Shown: piece by piece, positions 10,067-20,206 of the stretch
Layout of the letters: every line of letters starts with the position of its first letter
Numbering within the stretch: position 1 is the stretch's first letter
From: Methanocella sp.
GTDB taxonomy: Archaea > Thermoproteota > Bathyarchaeia > Bathyarchaeales > Bathycorpusculaceae
Assembly (NCBI GenBank): GCA_050261115.1
Contig: JBLNCY010000051.1
Span: 1 to 57,178, forward strand
DNA length: 57,178 nt
Direction: 5' to 3'
The notes under the pieces: generated by a model
What the model was told of the DNA's origin: nothing
Seen by the model: only the letters and a program-made list of their open reading frames with translations
Database searches by the model: none
Program-made: the position numbers and the translations under genes

Positions 10067-10561
10067 TTGATTTTGATGGCTGATTCACTCCAAAAAGACC
10101 TCGCCGACTGGCTAAAAGGTAAAGGTCGAGTGGTTATTGTTGGCGTTGGGAACCCCATACGGCAAGACGACAACATCGGCTTAGCAGTAGTTGCTGGCCT
10201 GCAGGGGAAAGTCTCTGCGGATGTTTGTCTTTTGGAGTGCGAGATGGTCCCGGAAGGATATCTACTTGATATCGAAGAGTTCAAGCCATCCCATGTACTG
10301 TTAATTGATGCTGCCGTGTTAGGGCGCAAACCTGGCGACGCCGATTTGGTAAAGGTTAATGAGGTGGCGGCGTTCTCTGCGGTTTCTTCGCACGTGTTGC
10401 CGCTTCGGCTCTTCTGTGAGTACATAGAGAAAACCACAGGCGCCAAAATCCGCTTGCTACTGATAGAACCCAAGACGATGACGTTTGGTGAGACAATGAG
10501 CCCCGAATTGCAAGGCGCCGCTAAAAAGGTTACCGAGTTACTGCTTTGCTTGCTTGGGTAG
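10067..10561 (+). CDS. hycI: Hydrogenase maturation endopeptidase (HycI-like)
   Basis: VGVGNPIRQDDNIG, VPE, IDAA, SSHVLPL; directly after the large subunit. Confidence 0.9.
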   Translation: MILMADSLQKDLADWLKGKGRVVIVGVGNPIRQDDNIGLAVVAGLQGKVSADVCLLECEMVPEGYLLDIEEFKPSHVLLIDAAVLGRKPGDADLVKVNEVAAFSAVSSHVLPLRLFCEYIEKTTGAKIRLLLIEPKTMTFGETMSPELQGAAKKVTELLLCLLG

Positions 10562-11030
10562 CTTCTTTTCGCTTGAAAACATAATCGGTTTGAAGCACTG
10601 GTTTTCCTAGTCTGTAGTTGGTTTCTCTTAGTTCGATTTGGTCGTTGTTTACCCATTTGACGGTGATGCGTTTCTGGTGATCTTGGTCCTCGAAGGTTCC
10701 ATGCCACTCCAATTCAAGCGTGGCTGGATCTTTCCATTTTCCGACGAAGTCCTGTTTGTCTCCCTCAGAGTTTATCATGTATAGCCGTACTTCGTCTTTG
10801 GCTGGGTCGTAGCTCCAGATGTCGTTTTCATAGTACTCTTCATAGCCTTCGATTTGAGTGTTGATTTCGCCGTTTATGACGGCGTCTGTTTCAACTGCTG
10901 TCATGTCACCGCAACCTGCGACGACTTGGTCGGGGCCTGTTTTCACGGCGATACCGACATGCCATTCTCCTATTAGTTGTCTTAGTAGGTTTTCTTTATT
11001 TGTCTGCTGTTGCTGTGTCATAGAAATCAA
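10530..11030 (-). CDS. Hypothetical beta-barrel protein (DUF1579-like)
   Basis: LIGEW, WSYDP, GKW, terminal YVFKR pattern; acidic, beta-rich. Confidence 0.55.
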   Translation of the reverse strand: MISMTQQQQTNKENLLRQLIGEWHVGIAVKTGPDQVVAGCGDMTAVETDAVINGEINTQIEGYEEYYENDIWSYDPAKDEVRLYMINSEGDKQDFVGKWKDPATLELEWHGTFEDQDHQKRITVKWVNNDQIELRETNYRLGKPVLQTDYVFKRKEATQASKAVTR

Positions 11031-11140
11031 GCAGAGACAATCAAGGAATAATAATAAATGAATGTGGTTGTTAGCAGGTTACAACTCTCTTTGGTTATAT
11101 TAATTAGCATGTGCGACTTAGCTGTATGATGTGAGCGGTT

Positions 11141-11620
11141 ATGGCTGGCAAGGTAATAATTGTTATGGGTTCCGACCGAGACCTCGATTTCTCCCGAGAA
11201 ATTGCAAATCACCTAAAGAAGCTGAGTGTAGAATATGGGTTCCGTGTTGCGTCAGCGCACAAGTCGCCTTTGACAGTGCTTGACATCATTAAAGAGCACG
11301 AGGACAAAAAAGTTGTGTATATCACCGTTGCAGGGCGCTCTAATGCCCTTAGCGCTTTTATGGACGGCAACTGCAGCAAACCCGTCATCGCCTGCCCACC
11401 TTACAGCGAAAAGTTCGGCGGCGCAGACATATACTCGTCGCTGCGTGTCCCAAGCGGTATAGGTTCCGTCACAACTATCGAGCCCGAAGGCGCCGCGATT
11501 GCAGCTGCAAAAATCCTGGCGATAGAAGACCCCCAAATCCTAGCTAACGTCCGAAACTACCAGGAAGCCAAACGCAGGGACCTAGAGAAAGCCGACCAAT
11601 CGGTGAAGCAACTAAAATAG
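11141..11620 (+). CDS. purE: AIR carboxylase / N5-CAIR mutase
   Basis: MGSDRD, VASAHKSP, AGRSNAL, PVIACPP, SSLRVPSG. Confidence 0.95.
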   Translation: MAGKVIIVMGSDRDLDFSREIANHLKKLSVEYGFRVASAHKSPLTVLDIIKEHEDKKVVYITVAGRSNALSAFMDGNCSKPVIACPPYSEKFGGADIYSSLRVPSGIGSVTTIEPEGAAIAAAKILAIEDPQILANVRNYQEAKRRDLEKADQSVKQLK

Positions 11621-12519
11621 CAACATAATCTGCAGTTGGCGGCCGGTAGCTGCCTCCTCCTTTGCTGAGGGAACCCCATCCCTTATCTAGCGTCAATAAT
11701 GGGTTCAACTTTCGCTTGCGAGTGGCTAACGTTTACCTCTCTTACATAAGGAAACCTATTGATGCTGTTATATGAAGCTAAAAGTGGGGTTAGGTGGTTG
11801 CTGGTATTAGGCTGTAGGGGCTTTTGTGTTCTTTTAGGCGGTGTTCCCGTAGTTTTTCTGGGTTGGAAAGGAGTACTCTACATATGGGGCATTTTACTAT
11901 GAGATGTTCCATGCTATTCACTTTCAAAAGATGAATCCGCTGGGCATATAGAGGTTTGTGGCTTCAGGACAAATGCAACGCGTAGCATTACCCAGCGCAG
12001 TATGGGTTGGGAGGTTGTTTGCTGAGCCCGGTGGAGAAGAAAAGTGCGGAAAACCAGTTTTCTTGTTGTGAATATTATCCGAGCTTTTCAGCCGATCTCC
12101 CATTAACTGTATTATTCTATAGGTATTTAGGGCTGTGTTGGTGGCATTTGCGACCACAGTTTTATGATAAACGCCTAGTGTTTGGCATATTTGCTGGGGG
12201 TGTTTTGGTGTGTGCTGAGGGTCTGGGGACCAATTTAGGAGAAGAGAAAAATGAAAACCGTTTGTGGTAAGTTTTACCCCAGAACCTTTTCAGCCATTTA
12301 TAAACAAAGTATCGTTATGAAGTGTTTGCTATTTGAGGTTATGTTGGCGACGCCAGCCGACAACTGTAGACAACTTGGTTATCCCTATAAGGGGCACTGT
12401 GGGTGCAAAGATTTGTTTTGCCGATGGAGTTAAACAGTGCTCTTTTACCCGACAATGTGCAAAGTGTTATATACACATATTGTCTACCTCAAATTTACCG
12501 CAAATAGGAGAATAAAAAA

Positions 12520-15102
12520 ATGCAAATTTTAAAAAATAAGCTATTTGCCATCGCAATTATAGCACTTTTAGCAACATCCGTGACAGCCACAATATCACTA
12601 GCAGAAGCCCACACCCCACCCTGGAGCTTTGAAACCTACGCATTCATCGTAGTCTCACCCAACCCCATCGGCGTCGGCCAAACCGTCAACGTCAACTTCT
12701 GGTTAGGAAGCCCACCACCAACAGCAAGCGCCCAATACGGGGACAGATGGACAAACATGACCCTTAAAATCACCCATCCCGACGGCACCGTAGAAACCAA
12801 AGGCCCATTTGAATCAGACGCTAGCGGCGGCGCAGTCACAAGGTACACACCAGACAAAGTAGGCAACTATACCTTCCAATTCCTATTCCTCGGACAAAAA
12901 CTTGAAGGCAAGAATCCTGCCCCCGGCACGCAACCCAGCCAATTCTTAAACGACACTTACTTGCCAAGCCAAAGCAAAGAATTCGTCCTACGCGTCCAAG
13001 AGGAACCAGTCGGCTACGCACCCTTAGCTCCCATGCCAACAGAGTACTGGACACGCCCGATCTATGCTGAAAACACCAACTGGTACAGTATCGCTGGTAA
13101 CTGGCTTGGTCTTGCAGCATCCACCTTCGCCACCACCGGCATGCGAACAATAAACGGCAACTATAACCCCTACACTGAAGCACCCAACACCGCCCATCTC
13201 CTCTGGACCAAACCGATAGCCTTCGGCGGCACCATAGGCGGAGAATATGGCGGCGAGCAAACAGGCAACTATTACTCTACAAGCCAATATGAACCCAAAT
13301 TTGCCCCCATCATCATGAACGGCATCCTCTACTACACCAACTACCCCGGAAGCTCAAGCCACTACGCAGGCTGGACCGCAGTTAACCTAAAAACAGGTGA
13401 TACCATCTGGACCAAAAACACCACTGACTTGCTTAGATGCGGCCAAATCATCAACATGATTACCCCCAACCAGTACGGTGGTCTAGCTTACCTTTGGGCT
13501 GTTCCATCCTCTGGCGGCGGATTCATGGCTGCGCAATCTACCTACAAGATGTTTGACGCCTTTACCGGCAACTGGATCCTAAGCATTGTTAACGCCACCT
13601 CAATGCAGCTAACCTCTGATGACAACGGCGACTTAGTCGGCTACTTTGTTAGCTCAAACTCTACTGGGCGCTACCTTAACATGTGGAACTCCACCCGATG
13701 CATTAACATCGGCCAAGGAGGATCCTACTACGGCGGCGGCCAAGCACCGGCAGACAACTGGATGTGGCGACCCGCAGAAGGCTCAATCATCGACTTCAAA
13801 TGGGGCATCCAGTGGACAGCACCCATCAACACCACCTTCAATGGCAACCCAATCACCTTAGGGATCTCAGCCATTGCAGACAACACCATCCTAACGAGCT
13901 ACTCTAGCAGTGCAGGCAGCAGCTACTTCCAAGGCGGCTGGATCATACAAGCAGGCTACAGCAGAGAAGACGGTCATCTACTCTGGGGACCACTAAACCG
14001 CACTGAAGTCGTCAACTCACGTGTCCTCTACGGTTCAACCACCGCAGGAGACGGCGTCTGGGTTGAATTAGACTCAAGCGCACTCACAGCTACAGGCTAC
14101 AGCTTAACAACTGGCAACAAAGTCTGGGGCCCAATTGAACTACCAAACGTTAGCCCCTACGCATCACTAGGCGAGAACTATCAAGTCGCAAACGACACCC
14201 TCTACGTATGGACATACGGAGGCGACGTATACGCAATCACACTCAAAACAGGCGCAATCAAGTGGGAATACCACACTCCACCCGCAGGCTACGAGTCACC
14301 CTACGGCGCAAACTCCCTTTGGACTTTCACAGTAGGCACCGTCGCTGACGGCAAACTCTACGTGCCTGAAGGACACATGTACAGCCCACCGCTATTCCAC
14401 CAAGCTCATCAACTCTGCCTTAACGCAACAACCGGCGAACTCATCTGGCAAATCGAAGCCTTCGACGTAACCAGCGCACCCGCCATTGCAGACGGCGTCA
14501 TGGTTACCCTCAACGCTTATGACAACCAACTCTACGCATGGGGCAAGAGCGCTACTAAACTAACCGTCAGTGCACCCGCAGTCGGCGTAACCACAGCCAC
14601 GCCTGTTACAATCAGTGGCTCAATCTATGATTTAGCTTCGGGTTCAAAGCAGGAAGCAGTCGCAGCCAGATTCCCCCACGGATTACCCTGTGTCTCTGAC
14701 GAAAGCATGACTGCCTACATGGAATACGTCTACATGCAACAAGAGAAACCCACCAACACCACCGGTGTACCCATCGTTGTTAACGTCGTGGACTCAAACG
14801 GCAACTACCGAACCATCGGCACCACAACAAGCGACGCCAGCGGCAAATGGGGCCTAACTTGGACCCCCGACATCGAAGGCGACTACACCGTCATTGCAAA
14901 CTTTGCAGGCTCACAATCCTACTATGGCTCCAGCGATGTAGCATTCTTCACAGCAGCCGCGCCACCAGCAACACCCACACCGCAGCCGCAAATGAACTTT
15001 GACTCCGTCCAGAACTACGTTTTAGCGATTGGTGTAGCCATAATCGTAGTCATAGTTATCGTTGGCGCCTTGATTATGGTGACACTTAGAAAGCGACCCT
15101 AA
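12520..15102 (+). CDS. Large secreted PQQ-like beta-propeller surface protein with C-terminal TM anchor
   Basis: Signal peptide, SPNPIGVGQ Ig-like start, repeated TG...W blades (LKTGDTIW, LTTGNKVW, LKTGAIKW, ATTGELIW), many NxS/T sequons, Pro/Thr linker, TM then RKRP. Confidence 0.85.
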   Translation: MQILKNKLFAIAIIALLATSVTATISLAEAHTPPWSFETYAFIVVSPNPIGVGQTVNVNFWLGSPPPTASAQYGDRWTNMTLKITHPDGTVETKGPFESDASGGAVTRYTPDKVGNYTFQFLFLGQKLEGKNPAPGTQPSQFLNDTYLPSQSKEFVLRVQEEPVGYAPLAPMPTEYWTRPIYAENTNWYSIAGNWLGLAASTFATTGMRTINGNYNPYTEAPNTAHLLWTKPIAFGGTIGGEYGGEQTGNYYSTSQYEPKFAPIIMNGILYYTNYPGSSSHYAGWTAVNLKTGDTIWTKNTTDLLRCGQIINMITPNQYGGLAYLWAVPSSGGGFMAAQSTYKMFDAFTGNWILSIVNATSMQLTSDDNGDLVGYFVSSNSTGRYLNMWNSTRCINIGQGGSYYGGGQAPADNWMWRPAEGSIIDFKWGIQWTAPINTTFNGNPITLGISAIADNTILTSYSSSAGSSYFQGGWIIQAGYSREDGHLLWGPLNRTEVVNSRVLYGSTTAGDGVWVELDSSALTATGYSLTTGNKVWGPIELPNVSPYASLGENYQVANDTLYVWTYGGDVYAITLKTGAIKWEYHTPPAGYESPYGANSLWTFTVGTVADGKLYVPEGHMYSPPLFHQAHQLCLNATTGELIWQIEAFDVTSAPAIADGVMVTLNAYDNQLYAWGKSATKLTVSAPAVGVTTATPVTISGSIYDLASGSKQEAVAARFPHGLPCVSDESMTAYMEYVYMQQEKPTNTTGVPIVVNVVDSNGNYRTIGTTTSDASGKWGLTWTPDIEGDYTVIANFAGSQSYYGSSDVAFFTAAAPPATPTPQPQMNFDSVQNYVLAIGVAIIVVIVIVGALIMVTLRKRP

Positions 15103-15120
15103 ACATGCAATCCCTAAACC

Positions 15121-15145
15121 CTCTCTTCCCCTTTTATTTTTTTTA
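15121..15145 (+). terminator. Archaeal pyrimidine/oligo-T terminator
   Basis: ctctcttccccttttatttttttt just after the stop at 15102. Confidence 0.6.
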
Positions 15146-15328
15146 ATATTCACGCTCTATATTCTATTTTGATGTAAGAACCCTTGTGACCAAGCGTTAT
15201 GGATATCACTAACGTCCATTAACTATGCATCCACAGGTTCTTGCAGTAATTGTTTTGATCGCTCAGAACCCACTTAGAGAATTTGCCATTCCATTATAGT
15301 GCCTAAAAAAGAGGGGGGGAAGAGGTTT

Positions 15329-16222
15329 CTATTTAAGTTCTCCTTGCATCCGTTTTGCCAGAGCATAAACTACCGGTATCAAAACGATTGCTAGTGCTAT
15401 TGCGAAGCCCCAAGCGATTGTGCTGATTATGCTTGTTACGCCGGTAAAGCTGGAGAATATTGCGCCTGCGCCGATGAGTAGGAAGATGCTGTATAGGATG
15501 AATTTAGCGTAGCCGGCTATTCCTTGGAATTCTTGGTGGTCGTCTGTTATGGATTTGATTAAGCCGTCGGTTAGGATGATGCCTGCGCCGATAATGACAA
15601 ACCCGATGATTAAGGAGTATACTAAGCCGCCTGCGGTGAACAGCAGTAGGTCAAAGGCGATGTTTAGTATGATTGCAACTAAGCCGATGAATAAGAGGTT
15701 CTTGAGCATGTCTGCGATTTCTGTCTTGGTTGGGCCAAACATGGGTTTTATTATCTGACCCACGAGCTGCGCCAAGAAATCAACGAGCACAATGCCGAGA
15801 ACGATGACTAGTATGCCGCCTAAGAGTCTGGGTAAGTAAGCTGCGATTTGAGCCATGAATTCGCCTGCGGTTCCAGGTATGTTTAGTAGTCCAATAGCCA
15901 CAGTTATGGAGACGATTATGATGAAGGCCATCAGTAAGCCGCCGACAAAATTGGAGAGATCAAAGCCTGAGTTTCTCAGGATTCGTCCAACTTGGCTTTT
16001 ATCAAAGTTTTTCTCAACGGTTCGGTCGATTATTCTGTTAGCTACTTTGCCTACGAACCAGCCGATGATGACGCCGATAACGATTACTATGATTGCTCCG
16101 ATTACGCCAGGTAACGCTATAGCGATAGAATTTAAGAAATTGTTGAAAACCTCCTCTAGAGTCACGTAAGCCACTGGTAAAAAATGCATCAAAAGCACCA
16201 TTAACCATCTAACTATCGGCAA
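15329..16222 (-). CDS. Multi-pass membrane protein with repeated conserved TM-helix units (MscS N-terminal-like)
   Basis: Repeated LPxxIGAIIV / YLPRLLGGILV units; no MscS cytoplasmic cage. Confidence 0.65.
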   Translation of the reverse strand: MPIVRWLMVLLMHFLPVAYVTLEEVFNNFLNSIAIALPGVIGAIIVIVIGVIIGWFVGKVANRIIDRTVEKNFDKSQVGRILRNSGFDLSNFVGGLLMAFIIIVSITVAIGLLNIPGTAGEFMAQIAAYLPRLLGGILVIVLGIVLVDFLAQLVGQIIKPMFGPTKTEIADMLKNLLFIGLVAIILNIAFDLLLFTAGGLVYSLIIGFVIIGAGIILTDGLIKSITDDHQEFQGIAGYAKFILYSIFLLIGAGAIFSSFTGVTSIISTIAWGFAIALAIVLIPVVYALAKRMQGELK

Positions 16223-16404
16223 ATAAAAAGCTTTTCAACCTCTAAATTCCAAACACGGCTTATTAATCAAGCGCTTATACGTTTAAAGCAGAATTAATGG
16301 TTAAAAAAACACTGCTGCTGCACAGGTGCAGTCACGTAGTTTTTAATGCCGAACACCACGCATTACTGCTGCCTTTAGAGCAGAACTTTTTGGAGGTGAA
16401 TTAT

Positions 16405-16680
16405 GTGGAAGTTAAAGACTTTGACAAGGGTGATCTAAAAAACGACCTCAAGAACGCCGGGTTTGAAGACTGCATCGCTGACGACATCGCCGACCGCGTC
16501 AACGACCGAAAAACCGACAACTGGAATGCCGACATGGGCCGCACTGAAGCCCTCAAAGAGATCGAAATGCTAATCAACCGAACACGCCAAGCCTACGACA
16601 ACTTTAGGCAACGAAACGCCCTAGGCACCTCAGGCAGCACCTGGCCAAGCAGCATCGCAACACGCTCTGACGTACTATAA
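16405..16680 (+). CDS. Small helical protein, possibly a degenerate stand-alone ATP-cone
   Basis: GGAGGTGA RBS before GTG at 16405; MEVKDFDKGDLKNDLKNAGFEDCIADDIADRV...AYDNFR. Confidence 0.55.
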   Translation: MEVKDFDKGDLKNDLKNAGFEDCIADDIADRVNDRKTDNWNADMGRTEALKEIEMLINRTRQAYDNFRQRNALGTSGSTWPSSIATRSDVL

Positions 16681-16698
16681 GCCTTATCACCTTATTTA

Positions 16699-17184
16699 TC
16701 AACCGAGTGTTTTTATTTGATCCCAAATTTTATCGCTCACAAAATGCAGGGTCTTTACAATCGGACCCTTTTTTGTGGCTTTGGCAGTGGCGGAATCCAT
16801 CAAAGCCTCCCCGATTGCTAGGGCTTTTCCATGCTTCATATCCACCACAAGAACGATGTCGCCTGCTGCAAACTCGCCTTCGTAGCGTACGATTCCTGGA
16901 GCCATAACAGTGGCGCCCTTACAAACATAGGGAACTGCACCCATATCCACGACTACTTTGGGGGCTTTGGCGATGAACTCGCTAAATAGCAGCGTGGGTA
17001 GAATGCGCTTTTCTGCCTTAAACAGTAAGGGTTTGCCGCCGATGAGATAGATTTCTCCCCTGTCGGTTTCAACAACTTCTATGCCGATGTCTTTTTCAAG
17101 GTTAAGTTTGAGAGTTTGGTTGATTTGGTCGATTATCTGTTTGGCTTCTTTGGCTTTTAGGGAATATCGGCGTTGGGTGGGCAT
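16699..17184 (-). CDS. PUA-domain RNA-binding protein (DUF1947/Tma20/MCT-1 homologue)
   Basis: ILPTL, VVVDMGAVPYVCKGATVMAPGI, KALAIG, LHFVSDKIW. Confidence 0.9.
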   Translation of the reverse strand: MPTQRRYSLKAKEAKQIIDQINQTLKLNLEKDIGIEVVETDRGEIYLIGGKPLLFKAEKRILPTLLFSEFIAKAPKVVVDMGAVPYVCKGATVMAPGIVRYEGEFAAGDIVLVVDMKHGKALAIGEALMDSATAKATKKGPIVKTLHFVSDKIWDQIKTLG

Positions 17185-17843
17185 GTTATTTCTTCTTCGT
17201 CTGTATTGCGTTCTTGGCTGGGCTTATATTTGTTTGCTTGAGTGAAGCGGTGGAATTTTCTTTTGTATTTCCTATACAGTTTATCCATGTCTACCTTTAG
17301 CAAAACAATAGTGATGACCACTGTTAGCATAATCGAGACCGTTATAGACAAGATAAACGTGGCTGTTTGGTCCAGCCCTAACCAGTCTTCTGCCAAGTTG
17401 CCTGCAAAGCTCCCTAAAAAGACACCTCCAAGAGCTATGGCAAGCTTGCCTAGGAAGTAGGATAAGAAAAACTTGGGGGGACTATACTTCATCAATCCCA
17501 GCGGAACAACAATAGGTTCATCAGGAATAGGCGAAGCTGCCGCTATAAATAGGAGCGCAAAAGCCCAACGTCTAATTTTGTCTGCGCTTGCTTGAAGCCT
17601 TGCTTGACGTTTCTGGCTAAGGTGCCCGCTGACAAAGAAGGTCACCATGTAATGTATTCCTTTAGCAAGCGCTGCCGCTAAAGCAATAATGACGGCAACA
17701 ATAACTTTTGTTGCGGGGTCGGAGCTTCCTAGACCGATGGCGGCGGTAATCGCGATAAGAAAGTTTGATGGTCCACCGAATGGGATAATGTTAAATCCGA
17801 AGGCGGTTGCAAAGATAATCAGAAACTCTGTCGGTGTTGCCAT
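17157..17843 (-). CDS. DedA/VTT-family membrane protein
   Basis: NIIPFGGPS, AASPIPDE..VPLGLMKY...FF..YFLGK. Confidence 0.75.
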   Translation of the reverse strand: MATPTEFLIIFATAFGFNIIPFGGPSNFLIAITAAIGLGSSDPATKVIVAVIIALAAALAKGIHYMVTFFVSGHLSQKRQARLQASADKIRRWAFALLFIAAASPIPDEPIVVPLGLMKYSPPKFFLSYFLGKLAIALGGVFLGSFAGNLAEDWLGLDQTATFILSITVSIMLTVVITIVLLKVDMDKLYRKYKRKFHRFTQANKYKPSQERNTDEEEITCPPNADIP

Positions 17844-18277
17844 ACTTCGCTGCCACTTGTCTCACAGATTTACGTACAGGGGCGCTTATAAGTGCAATCT
17901 ATATTCCCAACGTCTTTATCTGACCAAAATAGAGCTGGCAGTTTATAATTTACTACTTAAGCTACTTGGTGCGCGCCATCACAAGCTTGGCTAATTCACT
18001 TTTGCCGATTGAGCTTAAATTGATGGCCTGCTAGTTATTGAGTGTTTCAAATAGTCCCGCTGAAGATAACGGTTTGTGCACAACTAAAAGTATGCACGGA
18101 ATTACGGTTTATGGTCTGAAGATTTGGCGTCTGGTGGCAGTTATCCTTATGTAGGCCTACCCTTTTCTTTTATTCTTAAAAGTGGCCTCTTGACTGATTG
18201 AAATAAGTAGTCCTTGAGATAGGTTTAAATGGAGAGAGGCAAAGTATAGAAAGGATAAAGATACTTGAGGATTCCAT

Positions 18278-18505
18278 ATGAGCGAAATGACAACCGAAAT
18301 CCTTGAGCAGAACCTCGGCAAAATTGTGCTAGTCCGCCTAAAGGGTGGAAAAAGCCTCAGAGGTCGGCTAAAGGGATTCGATCAACACTTAAACCTGGTC
18401 TTAGAAGAGACAGAAGACACTACCGTCGTTGAAAACCAAAAAAAATTAGGGCTAATAATCGTCCGAGGCGACAACGTAGTCCTTATTTCACCCCCACCAA
18501 GGTGA
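18278..18505 (+). CDS. lsm: Sm-like archaeal protein SmAP1
   Basis: Sm1 VRLKGG...GRLKGFDQHLNLVL and Sm2 IIVRGDNVVLISP; conserved linkage to L37e. Confidence 0.97.
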   Translation: MSEMTTEILEQNLGKIVLVRLKGGKSLRGRLKGFDQHLNLVLEETEDTTVVENQKKLGLIIVRGDNVVLISPPPR

Positions 18506-18510
18506 GTTAA

Positions 18511-18699
18511 ATGGGAAAAGGTACTCCATCAATGGGCAAACGCGCAGGCCGCGTTGTCCACATTATGTGCAGACGCTGCGGTAGACGCGCATACCATGTA
18601 CGTGAACACCGCTGTGCAGCCTGTGGTTTCGGCGAAACCAAAACCATGCGGCGATACAATTGGCGAACCAAGACTCTTCAGAGGCAAAGAGTCTGCTAA
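18511..18699 (+). CDS. rpl37e: 50S ribosomal protein L37e
   Basis: MGKGTPSMGKR...HIMCRRCGRRAYH...CAACGFG. Confidence 0.98.
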   Translation: MGKGTPSMGKRAGRVVHIMCRRCGRRAYHVREHRCAACGFGETKTMRRYNWRTKTLQRQRVC

Positions 18700-18774
18700 A
18701 TCGCCAGAACAAACTTTCCTTTTAATTTAACAATTTTTTAGTTTTTGACTGCCTTTAATTTTACTATACCTAGT

Positions 18775-19431
18775 TTACGTTACGTATTCGTTGCTTGCAA
18801 CTACTTTTGCGCCACTAACTGATGATTTCTTCGGTTGTGGCTGGATTTTGAGCTTATTTGACAGGTAAACCCAGAAGACGAAACCGATGGTGTTGGCGCC
18901 AATCATGGAGAATGCGATGGTGTCCACGATATGGACTGCTTGGGTTGAGGGTACCAGAAGCAGGATCATGCCCATAGCCATCGATTCTAGTAAGAAACCC
19001 GTAATGGCTGCTTTCACTAAGTACCATTTACCCGAAATCCTCGTTGAAACAACTCCTGCGATGATGCCGATGAGTATAGTGGAGACTGCGCATGGAACCG
19101 CTGTTGTGCCACCATAGCTGTAGCGGTGCAGTCCGCCGATTAAGCCTGCGATAGTGCCCGCGATTGGACCTCCAGCGGCTCCAGCAATCATAGAGGCAAG
19201 TTCCCGTACGTTTATGACAGTGCCGTCAGCTAGTTTCATACCCCAAAGAGTACCGAAAATCGCAAGAAAACCCAGAACAATACCAACGATAACTCTAGCT
19301 GCAGTCGCCCTTTTAGGTCCTTTCAGTTTTGAGAAAGTAAATTCTGCAGTGGTGAGTCCAATTACAATCATGAAGCAGGCGGTGCCTAAGAGACCCAACA
19401 TGCTTGACAGGTTTTCGATTAACGTAATCAT
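18775..19431 (-). CDS. Stand-alone LytS/YhcK-type 5TM receptor (5TMR-LYT) protein
   Basis: GFLAIFGT..G...INVRELASMIAGAAGGP.AG.IAGLIGGLHRYSYGG.TA.PCAVSTILIG; no kinase domain follows. Confidence 0.85.
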   Translation of the reverse strand: MITLIENLSSMLGLLGTACFMIVIGLTTAEFTFSKLKGPKRATAARVIVGIVLGFLAIFGTLWGMKLADGTVINVRELASMIAGAAGGPIAGTIAGLIGGLHRYSYGGTTAVPCAVSTILIGIIAGVVSTRISGKWYLVKAAITGFLLESMAMGMILLLVPSTQAVHIVDTIAFSMIGANTIGFVFWVYLSNKLKIQPQPKKSSVSGAKVVASNEYVT

Positions 19432-19477
19432 GCTTGGTCACGTTTTACTATTCTTGGTTTGAATAAAAAATTATGGG

Positions 19478-20206
19478 TTACGCGCAAACAACCAACCGCC
19501 ACCCCGTCCCATAGATACCCACCGTAACCCAATATGCCTCTTTAGCGACAACTTGGTTTTGGGTTTGATCAAGATTTTTCACATAGTACTGGTAGGTGCC
19601 GTAACCTGACTGTGCCGCGGCGACTTGGCGGGTGAAGGCTTGAACTTCGGGATAATCTTCGTAAATGGGGTCGGTGAGAAGGTTTTTACCTTGCTGGGCT
19701 GGGTCGGGGTCATAGATGAGAGTGCCGTTTTTCTGCATAGCCCACATCAAAAACACCGTTGCGCCGTCGCCTGACGCGATGGATTGGTTAATGAGTGCGC
19801 TGGGTTGAATAACAAAACTTAATACCCCGATGAATTGGTCTTGGGCGTTGAAAATTGGGGCAGCCATGACTACGCCCGGAAAGCCCTGAACCAACATAAT
19901 CACATCGCTCATGGCTGGCTGAAGAGTTTGACGCACTTGCATCTGTTGCGCTTGGGCGCCGATGTAGTCTCCGATTATGTAGCTATAGTTATCAGGTTTG
20001 ACCGCTACCAGAATATCTGCCTTGTCTGAGGTGGCGGCGCTGACGATTAAGGGGCTGCTTGCGGCGGCCTCACTTAATACGGTGTTGGCTTGGGTGCCGG
20101 TGATTCCCACTTCGCTGAGGCGTTGGCATGCCGATTGTAGGGTTGCGTCGAGTTGCGCTAGCTCTATGTTTACGTTGTTTTGGGTATGCATAAGTTGACT
20201 CACCAT
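19478..20206 (-). CDS. dCache-domain protein lacking N-terminal anchor (possibly truncated paralog)
   Basis: PAMSD..LVQGFPGVVMAAPIFN..QFIG.LS, NGTLIYD.D..QGKN, GYGTY.YY...KEAYW.T.GIYGT.WRLV; colinear with next ORF. Confidence 0.75.
   Translation of the reverse strand: MVSQLMHTQNNVNIELAQLDATLQSACQRLSEVGITGTQANTVLSEAAASSPLIVSAATSDKADILVAVKPDNYSYIIGDYIGAQAQQMQVRQTLQPAMSDVIMLVQGFPGVVMAAPIFNAQDQFIGVLSFVIQPSALINQSIASGDGATVFLMWAMQKNGTLIYDPDPAQQGKNLLTDPIYEDYPEVQAFTRQVAAAQSGYGTYQYYVKNLDQTQNQVVAKEAYWVTVGIYGTGWRLVVCA

Noticed and set aside
11630-11690. Minus-strand AGGGATGGGGTTCCCT resembling a fluoride riboswitch start
   Set aside because: The conserved downstream AAxCGC...GCTRATGAC part is missing and no suitable gene follows.
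11924-12515. Several 60-87 aa ORFs in the long intergenic gap
   Set aside because: Mutually overlapping, no motifs, atypical composition.
18020-18125. Possible C/D-box sRNA (TGAAGA...CTGA) upstream of lsm
   Set aside because: Box C imperfect, no clear C'/D' boxes, no target verifiable by eye.
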